Origin: a virus
Taxonomy: Duplodnaviria; Caudoviricetes
Direction: 5' to 3' (one strand)
Virus record (IMG/VR): IMGVR_UViG_3300048861_000044
Coordinates: 1 to 39,903 of that record
Length of the DNA stretch: 39,903 nucleotides
The notes beneath the pieces were generated by a model that was given only the letters and a program-made list of their open reading frames with translations, was not told the DNA's origin and did not search any database. This document shows positions 24,511-33,570 of this stretch, piece by piece. The translations under genes and the position numbers were made by a program. Every line of letters begins with the position of its first letter. Position 1 is the first letter of the stretch.

Positions 24511-27500
24511 ATGCCGACCGTATACGATGACATCGCCCAGCAGTCCACCGGAGCAGCACCGGCGCCGCCTCGCTCAGTCTATGACGACATCGCCGATGAG
24601 GAAGTGAAGCGCGCCAACCAGCAGGCACAGCAGTCGCTTGCTACCACGATGGACACGAATCCTGACCAGGCCGGAGAGGCGCAGAGGATCAGCGCCAAGA
24701 TCGGCGTCGGACCTGATGTCGCACTGCACCAGATGGACGATGCGCGGAAACAGGCTGCGCTTCAGGATGTTCAAGCCCGCGACCTTGCGTCCTGGAATCC
24801 CATGCTTGCCCGTCAGCTATCGGACCCGAACTTTGCCGCGATTTCGCATGATCAGGTCGACAACCTGTCGAACACCGGAGCTCTATTCACGCGGATGAAG
24901 GATGCTCTAGCCCATCCCATCGACCAACTCCATAGCGAAGCAAACGATATTACCAGCCAATATGGCCAAGGAAAAGCCGATTACGAGCTCGGGATGCTGG
25001 GTATCAAGGCGAAGCGCGGATCGGCGACGGCAGAAGATTGGGCGCGCATCCGGGAATTGCAGGAGCAGCGCAAGGGTGCACAGCAGCCGCAAACGCTCAC
25101 CGGCAGGATATTGGGCGGAACAGCGGCGATGGCCGGGAATATTTTACCGATGGCTCCGCGCATCTTGGCGGTTGGAGCGGCGGGAGCAGGTATAGGCGCA
25201 GCTGCCACTGCGATCACAGGCCCCGGCGCGCTGGCCGGTGCTGGTGCTGGCTTTGCCACAGGCGCAGAGTCGGAGTTCGGCGCGCAGTCGTACGAGATGA
25301 TGGCTGGCAACACCTATCTTGATCTGCTCGATAAGGGCGTGGATGAGAACCATGCACAATGGGCGGCCGGTCTGGTTGGCGCTGCGAACACGGCGCTGCA
25401 ACTCGGAGCCATGCGTCTTGCCGGAAAGCCGGTCGCAGGGCTCATGGATCGGGCCTTCACTCAGGTCATGGGCGAGAGTATCGCGGAGGAGATGACTCAG
25501 CCGACAGTGGCCAAGGCTGTTCAATCGGCCGTGATGAATTGGGGTAAGAATACGGCCCTCGGTGCAACCGAGATGGCGATGCAGACGGCAACCTCCCGCA
25601 TGGGCGAGGATTGGGCCAAGAAGATGAACGCGGGCGAGATCACCAGCGACATCTTCTCTAAGGACTTCGCCAGAGAGTTCGGAAAGTCATGGGTAGACGC
25701 CGCAGTCACCATGGGCGTCATCAACTCCTTCAGCGGGATGGCAGGCTTCGCCAACGATGCACGGCGCGCTCAACAGGCGACACAGACGCAGGCCTTCTTT
25801 GAGAACCTATCGAGCACTGCCGAGAATGCCAAGGTTCGCCCGCGCAACCCGGCAGCATATGAGAGCTTCATAGCCTCACAGGCTGAAGGAACCGGAGCAG
25901 AGAACATCTTTGTCGACGGCAAGGAGTTTGCCAACGTCCTGAATCAGTCCGGTCTGCAGGTGGAACAGCTAGACAGCATCATCCCCGGCATGATGGACCA
26001 GGTAAACGAGGCCGCGGCGACGGGCGGGGATGTCGTGATTCCTACCAGCCGATTCGCTTCGACACTGGCCGGGACCGATCTCGGCAAGAACCTGATGCCG
26101 CACATGCGTCTTGACCCCGAGGCGATGAGCTCGGCAGAGGCTGAGACATTCCAGCAGACCCAGAAGGAAGTCTTTGCCAAGGCGCAGGAGGAGGCGCAGG
26201 CGCAGATGGCCAATAGCGTTGACTTCGCCAAAAGTGCCAAGGTGGTGGAGTCGAATATTTACGACCAGCTCAAGGCCACAAAGACGATGCCTGACGATAT
26301 GGCGCGCACGAATGCGCAGTTCGTTCGGGACTTCGTAGTTACTCAGGCTGCTCGGTCGAACATGACGCCGGAAGCGTTCTTCGACAAGTATCGATACAAC
26401 ATCATCGGCGCCAAGGACGGAGTACTGGAAAAGGCCAAGCGCGTTCTTGGACAGGCGGCACCAGTGGGCAATCGCGGCGGCTTCGACCCGTCCAGCCTGA
26501 CAACCATGCTCGGCGAGAAAGCGGACATGAGTACCTTTCTCCATGAAAGTTCCCATTACTTTCTGAGTGTCTACGGGGAAATCGCGAAGGATGCCGAGGG
26601 ATCGCCAGAAATCAAAGGCGACTTCGACAAGCTACTCAAGTGGTTCGGCGTAAAGGATGGCGAGACGTGGAACTCCATGAGCCTGGACGAGCAGCGCAAG
26701 TTTCATGAGCAGTTCGCGTACAGCTATGAGCAGTATCTTGCGGAAGGGAAGGCTCCGAGCGTAGAGGCGCAGGGCGTCTTCGATCGCTTTACCTCATGGC
26801 TCAAGCGCGTTTACAAGTCGATCCGCGATGACACGAACACCATCTACCGCCAGCAGCATGGCCAAGACTTGCCGATCCTGACCGGCGAGGTGCGCGATGT
26901 GATGGACCGCATGCTTGCCTCCGACGATCAGATCAAGCAAGCCGAAGCGGTACGCAACATGGAGCCCGTCTTCAAGTCGCAGGAGCTCTCGGGCATGAAT
27001 GATGCCGAGTGGAAGACTTACAGCGACATGTCCCAGACCGCGACCTCTGCGGCTTCGGATGAACTCGGCCGCGCCAGTCTGCGCGAGATGCAGTGGATGT
27101 CGACGGCGAAGGGGCGGCTTCTCAAAGCCATGCAGGCCCAGCATGAAGGCATTCGTGAGGACGTGCGCGCCGAGGTCAGAGACGAACTGATAAAACAGGA
27201 TTCCGTATATTCTGCGCAGAACTTTCTGAAAACTGGAGAACTCTGGCGCGATGGCGAACTGGAAACCTCTGACATCCACAAACTGGATACAGAGGCAGCG
27301 CGAAAGCTCCTTCCAGAGGGAGCTTCGAACGACCTGCTGCGAGGGATGACCAAGAAGGACGGGCTGGATCCAGATGTAGCTGCCTCCTCACTTGGATTCA
27401 AGGACGGACTGGAACTCATGCGCGCCATCGCCGAGGCTCCCCCGCTGAAAGAGGCGATCGACACGGCCACGGATCAAAGGATGCTTGAGCGTTATGGCGA

Positions 27501-30354
27501 ACTGAGCACACCGGAGGGAATGGCAAAAGAAGTTGAGAAGGCCACGCACAACGAAGCGCGGGCGCGGCTGATTGCATTTGAGCTCCTACACGCTTTCAAC
27601 ATGACGGAATCGGAACGTGTCCTGGTCAAAGCGGCGCGGGAGACGGCACGTCGGATGCTGGCCTCGGAGAAGTTCTCAGATATCGATCCTCGGGCGTATG
27701 CTGCGCGAGAGGCGAAGGCAGCACGACAGGCTCAGGTGGCCGCTGCGCGTGGGGATGTGGAGGCGGTAGGAAGGGCCAAGCGTGACCAGCTCCTGCAGAA
27801 CGCTCTAACCTCTGAGGCTCTTAAGGTGCGGGATGAGGCAGACAAGCACCTCCGCTATCTCAACAAGTTCGACAACCCATCCAAGGCGGTCACGAAGTCT
27901 ATCGGCGCCGATCACATGGACGCCATCAACGAACTGCTCGCCGGATATGGACTATCTCCCCGCGAACGATATAGCGAACGCAGTGAGCCGATGGAACAGT
28001 GGATCAATACGCAGTATGACCGGACCGGCGTCATGCCGGCAGTAGCGTCAACCCTGGTCGATAAGCTCGGCACCATGCACTGGAAGGATATGACCATCCA
28101 GCAGCTGCGCGATCTGCGCGATGCCGTCAAGTCGATCGACTACACCGGCCGGCGCCAGACCGAGGTGGATCTTGCCGGGCAGAAGGCGACGGTCGATGAG
28201 ATCGTTGGGCAGGTGCAGGACACGCTTCGGGATATGAGGCACACACCGGTCTCGGATCTTCGGTCGCATCTGGAGTATGCCAAGGGCCTGGACAAGATCA
28301 GTGCAAAGTTCCTCGACAAGAAGTCATGGATTCGCTCGGCAGATGCGGCACTCCTGAAAATGGAGCAGTTGTTCCAATGGATCGACGCCGGGGAGAAGGC
28401 AGGGACCAAAGAGGCGCCGATTGACGGTCCCATGCAGCGCATCTTCCACCTAGCCTCGAATGCCGAGGGCAAAGAGCGAGCGATGCGCGCAGATGCTGCC
28501 AAGGCCATGCGGGAGCTTGGGGAGAAGCTGAAGGGCGCCAAGATCGATCTGGCTGAATCGCTGGACGTACCCGAGCTGCCACGCGAGGATGGCGCGCAGT
28601 GGTACCGCGGCGACCTGCTTTCGATGGCCCTGAACATGGGCAACCAGAGCAACAAGGAAAAGCTCCTTGCCGGCTACGGCTGGTCAGAGATGGAGGCCGT
28701 CTCCGCCATCAACCGCCTACTCTCAAAGACGGAGATGGACTTCGTTCAGGGCGTTTGGGATCACATCGGCAGCTATGGGCGGGACATCGTAGAACTCGAA
28801 CGCAGACAGACGGGCGTGATGCCTCAGATGATTGAAGCGACTCCCCTGGTGACCAAGCACGGTGTCTACGCCGGCGGCTATTATCCGGTTGTCTATAACG
28901 ATGTTCTGGACTACAAGGCCGCAGAGAATCAGGCGCGCAACTCGGATCGACTCTTCGAGAACAACTTCGCACAGCCTTCGACAGCCAGCGGTCACACGGT
29001 GGCGCGCTCTGGCTACATCGGGCCTCTCTATCTTTCGCTGGGCGTCATCGCTCGGCACATCGACCAGGTGACCCATGACCTCTCATGGCGCGAGCCCATT
29101 ATCGACATGAACAAGGTTCTGAGCGATCAGCGCCTGCTGCGCGAGATTGACCAGGTTTACGGCCGCGAGTACAGCAAGCAGCTTCGTCCTTGGCTGCAGT
29201 CTATGGCCAACGATCGCGTATTCAACACCACCGGGGATTCGGCGTGGGAAGGCGCTGTTCGCAAGGTGCGCAGCAATTCCACGATGGTGGGGATCGGCTT
29301 CCGTATGTCGACCATGGCAGTTCATGGAACCTCTGCTCTATCGAACTCCATCGGCGAGGTTGGCTCGAAGTGGTTCGCTAAGGGCGTGCAGCAGTTCATG
29401 GGCCCGGATCGCATCCAGGCAACCAGGGACTTCATCTACGAGCGATCGCCGGAGATGGCGCACCGGATGGACGAGGCAGACCGCAACGTGCATGAGGCTG
29501 TCAGTGAGATCAACCGTCAGCAGTTGTCGGTTGCCAGCGTCTCCGGATCGATGAAGCTCTACAACGATATCCGTAAGTTCGCGTTCCGCGGCGTCGGCAT
29601 CCTCGACATGGCGTCAGCTATGCCCACGTGGATGGGTGCGTACCTGAAGGCCATGAGCAAAGAGGGCGAAGGCGGCTTGAACCTGAGCGAGGATGAGTCT
29701 GTCGAATACGCCAACCGTGCGGTGCGCAATGCTCACGGCGGCGGCGGGACCAAGGACCTATCGGCAGTCCAGCGGGACAAAGGCCTGATGTCGCTGGCCA
29801 CGATGTTCTATTCCTATTGGAACCACGTGTACAACCGTCAGCGCGACCTTGGCAAAGGCTGGGGCGCGGCGGTCACCGGACAGGCCGCGGTGCGCGACTT
29901 CCCGAAGCTACTGGCGCGCAGCTGGTTTTATATCGTCGTTCCACAGATCGCCCACACGCTGATCTCATCCCACCAGCCCGATGACAAATCGCTTGAAGAA
30001 TACTTGGCGCAGATCGGCGAGGGCATCGGGACTGGCTTCGTTTCCGGTATCCCTATCGTGCGCGACCTCGCCAATGCGGCGGTGCATGGAACAGACTACG
30101 CAATCTCTCCACTGGAGAACTCAGCCAATACAGCGCTGAAGACACTGGAGGATGCAAGCAAGATCGTTCATGGAGAGAAGCCCAGCGCACGCGCATTTCA
30201 GAACGCCGCGGAGACTGCCGGCTATGCCTTCGGCCTTCCCATGGCAGCGCCCGCGGCTTCGGCCAAGTTCCTGTGGGACGTCATCAATGGCGACGTACAT
30301 CCCAAAGACCTTTCGGATTGGTGGAAAGGCCTATTGAGCGGGAAGCTCAAGTAG
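24511..30354 (+). CDS. Large internal virion / DNA-ejection protein (about 1947 aa) with an HExxH zincin-like module
   Basis: AGAGGA RBS before ATG 24511; Gly/Ala hydrophobic segment; STFLHESSHYFL...HEQFA; GGYYPVVY motif; last gene before the tail fibre. Confidence 0.85.
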   Translation: MPTVYDDIAQQSTGAAPAPPRSVYDDIADEEVKRANQQAQQSLATTMDTNPDQAGEAQRISAKIGVGPDVALHQMDDARKQAALQDVQARDLASWNPMLARQLSDPNFAAISHDQVDNLSNTGALFTRMKDALAHPIDQLHSEANDITSQYGQGKADYELGMLGIKAKRGSATAEDWARIRELQEQRKGAQQPQTLTGRILGGTAAMAGNILPMAPRILAVGAAGAGIGAAATAITGPGALAGAGAGFATGAESEFGAQSYEMMAGNTYLDLLDKGVDENHAQWAAGLVGAANTALQLGAMRLAGKPVAGLMDRAFTQVMGESIAEEMTQPTVAKAVQSAVMNWGKNTALGATEMAMQTATSRMGEDWAKKMNAGEITSDIFSKDFAREFGKSWVDAAVTMGVINSFSGMAGFANDARRAQQATQTQAFFENLSSTAENAKVRPRNPAAYESFIASQAEGTGAENIFVDGKEFANVLNQSGLQVEQLDSIIPGMMDQVNEAAATGGDVVIPTSRFASTLAGTDLGKNLMPHMRLDPEAMSSAEAETFQQTQKEVFAKAQEEAQAQMANSVDFAKSAKVVESNIYDQLKATKTMPDDMARTNAQFVRDFVVTQAARSNMTPEAFFDKYRYNIIGAKDGVLEKAKRVLGQAAPVGNRGGFDPSSLTTMLGEKADMSTFLHESSHYFLSVYGEIAKDAEGSPEIKGDFDKLLKWFGVKDGETWNSMSLDEQRKFHEQFAYSYEQYLAEGKAPSVEAQGVFDRFTSWLKRVYKSIRDDTNTIYRQQHGQDLPILTGEVRDVMDRMLASDDQIKQAEAVRNMEPVFKSQELSGMNDAEWKTYSDMSQTATSAASDELGRASLREMQWMSTAKGRLLKAMQAQHEGIREDVRAEVRDELIKQDSVYSAQNFLKTGELWRDGELETSDIHKLDTEAARKLLPEGASNDLLRGMTKKDGLDPDVAASSLGFKDGLELMRAIAEAPPLKEAIDTATDQRMLERYGELSTPEGMAKEVEKATHNEARARLIAFELLHAFNMTESERVLVKAARETARRMLASEKFSDIDPRAYAAREAKAARQAQVAAARGDVEAVGRAKRDQLLQNALTSEALKVRDEADKHLRYLNKFDNPSKAVTKSIGADHMDAINELLAGYGLSPRERYSERSEPMEQWINTQYDRTGVMPAVASTLVDKLGTMHWKDMTIQQLRDLRDAVKSIDYTGRRQTEVDLAGQKATVDEIVGQVQDTLRDMRHTPVSDLRSHLEYAKGLDKISAKFLDKKSWIRSADAALLKMEQLFQWIDAGEKAGTKEAPIDGPMQRIFHLASNAEGKERAMRADAAKAMRELGEKLKGAKIDLAESLDVPELPREDGAQWYRGDLLSMALNMGNQSNKEKLLAGYGWSEMEAVSAINRLLSKTEMDFVQGVWDHIGSYGRDIVELERRQTGVMPQMIEATPLVTKHGVYAGGYYPVVYNDVLDYKAAENQARNSDRLFENNFAQPSTASGHTVARSGYIGPLYLSLGVIARHIDQVTHDLSWREPIIDMNKVLSDQRLLREIDQVYGREYSKQLRPWLQSMANDRVFNTTGDSAWEGAVRKVRSNSTMVGIGFRMSTMAVHGTSALSNSIGEVGSKWFAKGVQQFMGPDRIQATRDFIYERSPEMAHRMDEADRNVHEAVSEINRQQLSVASVSGSMKLYNDIRKFAFRGVGILDMASAMPTWMGAYLKAMSKEGEGGLNLSEDESVEYANRAVRNAHGGGGTKDLSAVQRDKGLMSLATMFYSYWNHVYNRQRDLGKGWGAAVTGQAAVRDFPKLLARSWFYIVVPQIAHTLISSHQPDDKSLEEYLAQIGEGIGTGFVSGIPIVRDLANAAVHGTDYAISPLENSANTALKTLEDASKIVHGEKPSARAFQNAAETAGYAFGLPMAAPAASAKFLWDVINGDVHPKDLSDWWKGLLSGKLK

Positions 30355-30384
30355 ACCCATAACCCCCGGTTTCATCGCTAGATT
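30354..30384 (+). promoter_or_regulatory. Late promoter motif 4: GACCCATAAC-N15-TAGATT, heading the tail-fibre/spike operon
   Basis: Overlaps the upstream TAG; followed by GGGAG SD and ATG 30406. Confidence 0.75.
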
Positions 30385-30405
30385 TCTCATCAGGGAGTCC
30401 TGCGG

Positions 30406-31164
30406 ATGGCGGTTAGCTCAACAAATAGGAAGGCTGGTCCGTTCCTCGGGAACGATGTAACTATCACCTTTCCGTTCGTGTTCAAAGTATTTCTGACGAG
30501 CGATCTTTTGGTCGAAGCTATCCAGGCAGGTGCCTTGGATTCTACGGTTCTCGTCCTCGACTCGGATTTTACCGCTGCTCTGAACCCTGATCAGGATACT
30601 GATCCCGGCGGGTCGATCACACTGACCGCTGGCCCATTGGCTACAGGGCACAGGCTGGTCATTACCTCGGACGTGCCCCAGCTCCAAGAAGTAAATCTGA
30701 CCAACCTTGGCGGATTCTTTCCGGATGTGCTCAATGGCGAATTCGACCGGCTGACGATCCTGATTCAACAACTCCAGGTAGAGCAGGCTAGAACGATCAA
30801 GTTCCCACTCACCGACCCCGCAGAAGTCGTTGAATTGCCTCCGGCAGAGCAGAGGGCAGGCAAGTTTCTTTACTTCGGATCTGACGGCACCATATCGCTA
30901 ATATCAGGCTCTCCGGTCGGAACGGCCCTGTTCTCAGGAGTTCTAGCGGGAACGAAAGATGGATCAAACAAGGTCTTTCAGATTACAAACAACGGTTCGC
31001 CTATTGGCGTTCAGCCTTTGCAGGCCACGGTATGGCTGAACTTCCCGCTTATCCCTGGTGATGCTAACGGCTACGACCTGGGCCCTGGTCCTGGTCAGGT
31101 AACGTTCAAGAATGCGCCCGTAGCGGAAGACTCGCTATTCGCATCAGGAGTGTTCTCAGCATGA
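30406..31164 (+). CDS. Tail fibre anchor/adaptor (T7 gp17-like N-terminal attachment domain plus a small C-terminal beta domain)
   Basis: GNDVTITFPFVFKVF...GGSITL...FFPDVLNGEFDRLTILIQQL...LPPAEQRAGKFLYF; only 252 aa. Confidence 0.85.
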   Translation: MAVSSTNRKAGPFLGNDVTITFPFVFKVFLTSDLLVEAIQAGALDSTVLVLDSDFTAALNPDQDTDPGGSITLTAGPLATGHRLVITSDVPQLQEVNLTNLGGFFPDVLNGEFDRLTILIQQLQVEQARTIKFPLTDPAEVVELPPAEQRAGKFLYFGSDGTISLISGSPVGTALFSGVLAGTKDGSNKVFQITNNGSPIGVQPLQATVWLNFPLIPGDANGYDLGPGPGQVTFKNAPVAEDSLFASGVFSA

Positions 31165-33551
31165 AGTCCTTCATCGCAGCAGTGCTGCTGTCGTTTTCTG
31201 TGCCCGTTGTGGCGCAGACCATAAACCCGAGCCAGGTAAGAGGTACAGCTATAGTCCAGACCCCACAGGGATCTCAGGCGATAACTCAGCCGGCGGGTAC
31301 ATCCTTCGATATCGACCACGCCAAGATCGCAAATCTGAACACGAATGGCTGGGTGGTGCCGGGGAATTACGGCGTCGTCTCTGGTGGATCTACGAACACC
31401 GTTACAGCTACCGGCAGTGGAAGCTCTCTAGTGCTATCGTCGGCATCCGACTTCACCCTAAACATGGGAGTAATGGTTCTCCATGGCGGAGGAGCCTGCG
31501 GCTCCGTTTTATCAAAAGGATGCGCGTCCCCTCCTACACCATCAGTGTCTACATCTGGGGCCTCCGGCTCGACAACCTATAGTTACAAATTGGCCTGTAT
31601 CGATGGTCTCGGAGGCGTGGGGGCGGCTGGATCAGCGGGGAGTACGACCAGCGGAAATGCGACTCTAGCCGGCGTGGTCAATGGAACGCAGGTCGGAGGT
31701 AACTACAACGTTGTCACGTGGACGGGAAACAGCGCGTGCACCGAGGTAGCCATCTATCGCAATAATGTCTTGATCGCCTCGGAATATTCGGCTCCGTCTG
31801 GGACGATGACTTACAACGATATCGGAATCGCTCCATGGGTAAACCGAGACATTCCTGCCGCGCCTCCCGCGTCATCTTTGAATGACAACTACATTGGCAA
31901 GATCACAGCGATAAATGGGACATCGGCGACCGTCAGCCCCAACCTAGGGGTGGCAGTTAGCTCGGCAAACCTGTATCACAGCGATACTCCTCTCATTCAA
32001 GCTGCGATCGCAGTGAGCTACTTCGTAAATCTTCCCCCTGGTCTTTACGTGGTGAACTATCCCATCAATTTCAGTAGGGCGGGAGCCAGTGTCCAGTTTG
32101 GTGTAACGGCGGCAATCGTGGGGCATGGGGCAATTCTTTGGACCGATACCGGAGAGATAGCCCTCGACGTTACAGGAGACCAAAATGTTGTCCTTAGCGG
32201 GTTCACGATGCGAGATGGACCTACGAATCCGAGTCACACAGGAATTTATTGTTCCCGAGATACGACGCTTCATGATGATCTCGCGCAAAACATTTTGACT
32301 GACCACCTCATCATCGTTAGCGGTGGTGTGCATAGTTACGGCGGTAGGGGTGGTGTCGCAATCTACAACCATGCCTGTGAAATCCAGCACAACTATGACG
32401 ATCAATTTCAAACGCAACGTTGGTCGGTGATGACCAGCACCAATATAGATCACGTATCCAGCCCGTTCGATGCCACCGATAATATCGGCGTAAGTTCTAT
32501 GTCTCAGGTTGAGTTCTACGGCGCCAATGGATCCGGGTGGACCTTTGGAGAGATCGATAATGCATATTCCATTCTTTATATAGGTGGCTACGGACTAGGA
32601 CCATCTACCGGGGGACATCCGTGGGGCTTTGAAGTAGACGCCGGCAATGCTGGCCGACTTCAGGTCGACCATATGAGGATCGAAGGCAAAGGCGGCCTGC
32701 TGGATATAGCTGCGGGGACAACGCTGCAGGCATCCTACCTGGACGCCGATGTATATCGCGCTGCTCCTTATCTAGGGATTCCGCAAGTTCGGCTCAACAG
32801 CGGAGCCAGTATAGCTAGCGCGGATATGATCCGATCGGATGACTATGGAGGATCGGGTGGATCTATCTCGGCTCTGGTCGATGGGACCAACTGCTCTGTT
32901 CAAAGCTCAATCCTTCGGCTAGGGATATTTGAAACGATCGGTAGCTGCGCCACTTCAGGAAATGGAAATACGATCAGCGGAACCACGGATTATGATCGAT
33001 CGCTTCCTCCGAATATTCAACTCACAGCCAGCGTCAGCCCAACATGGATGAAGCTGGGAACATGGATATCCAACTCTCCATCGATCGGTGCCACCTTAGG
33101 GTTGAAGTTTTATACGGGCGCAGGATTTACTGCGGGAGCCAACAACCAGGCAGTAGCGGAAGCCTTCATCAGAAACGCCAACGGCCTAGGCTCTGCTCCT
33201 AACCTTTCTGGCGCCAGCTTATTCAACTACGGGATATCGGCGCTCATCGGCCTCAAGGTTGTGGCTACCGGAGGAAGTACCAGCGTAACCAATCAGAGTT
33301 GGGACATTTACGTCAATGAGGCGGCCTTCACAAACGGCAACTACATCGTTGAGAAATCCCCCCATGATCAGTGGATCAGTATTGGTACACCGACTGCAGA
33401 TCCCGGTTCTGCCTCCTCCACGATCGTGGTTGGAACTGTAACGACGGTGCCCTCGGCAACAACTGCAACACCATCGGGAACCTGCACACTGAACGGATTC
33501 ATCCCCATGGTGATCGGGAATACGACCGTTCACGTGGCGACTTGTAACTAA
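31161..33551 (+). CDS. Tailspike-like right-handed beta-helix protein with a Sec signal peptide
   Basis: MKSFIAAVLLSFSVPVVA-Q signal; DTPLIQAAI..VNLPPGLYVV pectate-lyase-like cap motif; 10 Cys. Confidence 0.75.
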   Translation: MKSFIAAVLLSFSVPVVAQTINPSQVRGTAIVQTPQGSQAITQPAGTSFDIDHAKIANLNTNGWVVPGNYGVVSGGSTNTVTATGSGSSLVLSSASDFTLNMGVMVLHGGGACGSVLSKGCASPPTPSVSTSGASGSTTYSYKLACIDGLGGVGAAGSAGSTTSGNATLAGVVNGTQVGGNYNVVTWTGNSACTEVAIYRNNVLIASEYSAPSGTMTYNDIGIAPWVNRDIPAAPPASSLNDNYIGKITAINGTSATVSPNLGVAVSSANLYHSDTPLIQAAIAVSYFVNLPPGLYVVNYPINFSRAGASVQFGVTAAIVGHGAILWTDTGEIALDVTGDQNVVLSGFTMRDGPTNPSHTGIYCSRDTTLHDDLAQNILTDHLIIVSGGVHSYGGRGGVAIYNHACEIQHNYDDQFQTQRWSVMTSTNIDHVSSPFDATDNIGVSSMSQVEFYGANGSGWTFGEIDNAYSILYIGGYGLGPSTGGHPWGFEVDAGNAGRLQVDHMRIEGKGGLLDIAAGTTLQASYLDADVYRAAPYLGIPQVRLNSGASIASADMIRSDDYGGSGGSISALVDGTNCSVQSSILRLGIFETIGSCATSGNGNTISGTTDYDRSLPPNIQLTASVSPTWMKLGTWISNSPSIGATLGLKFYTGAGFTAGANNQAVAEAFIRNANGLGSAPNLSGASLFNYGISALIGLKVVATGGSTSVTNQSWDIYVNEAAFTNGNYIVEKSPHDQWISIGTPTADPGSASSTIVVGTVTTVPSATTATPSGTCTLNGFIPMVIGNTTVHVATCN

Positions 33552-33570
33552 AGACTTTTCAGGAGAGAGT

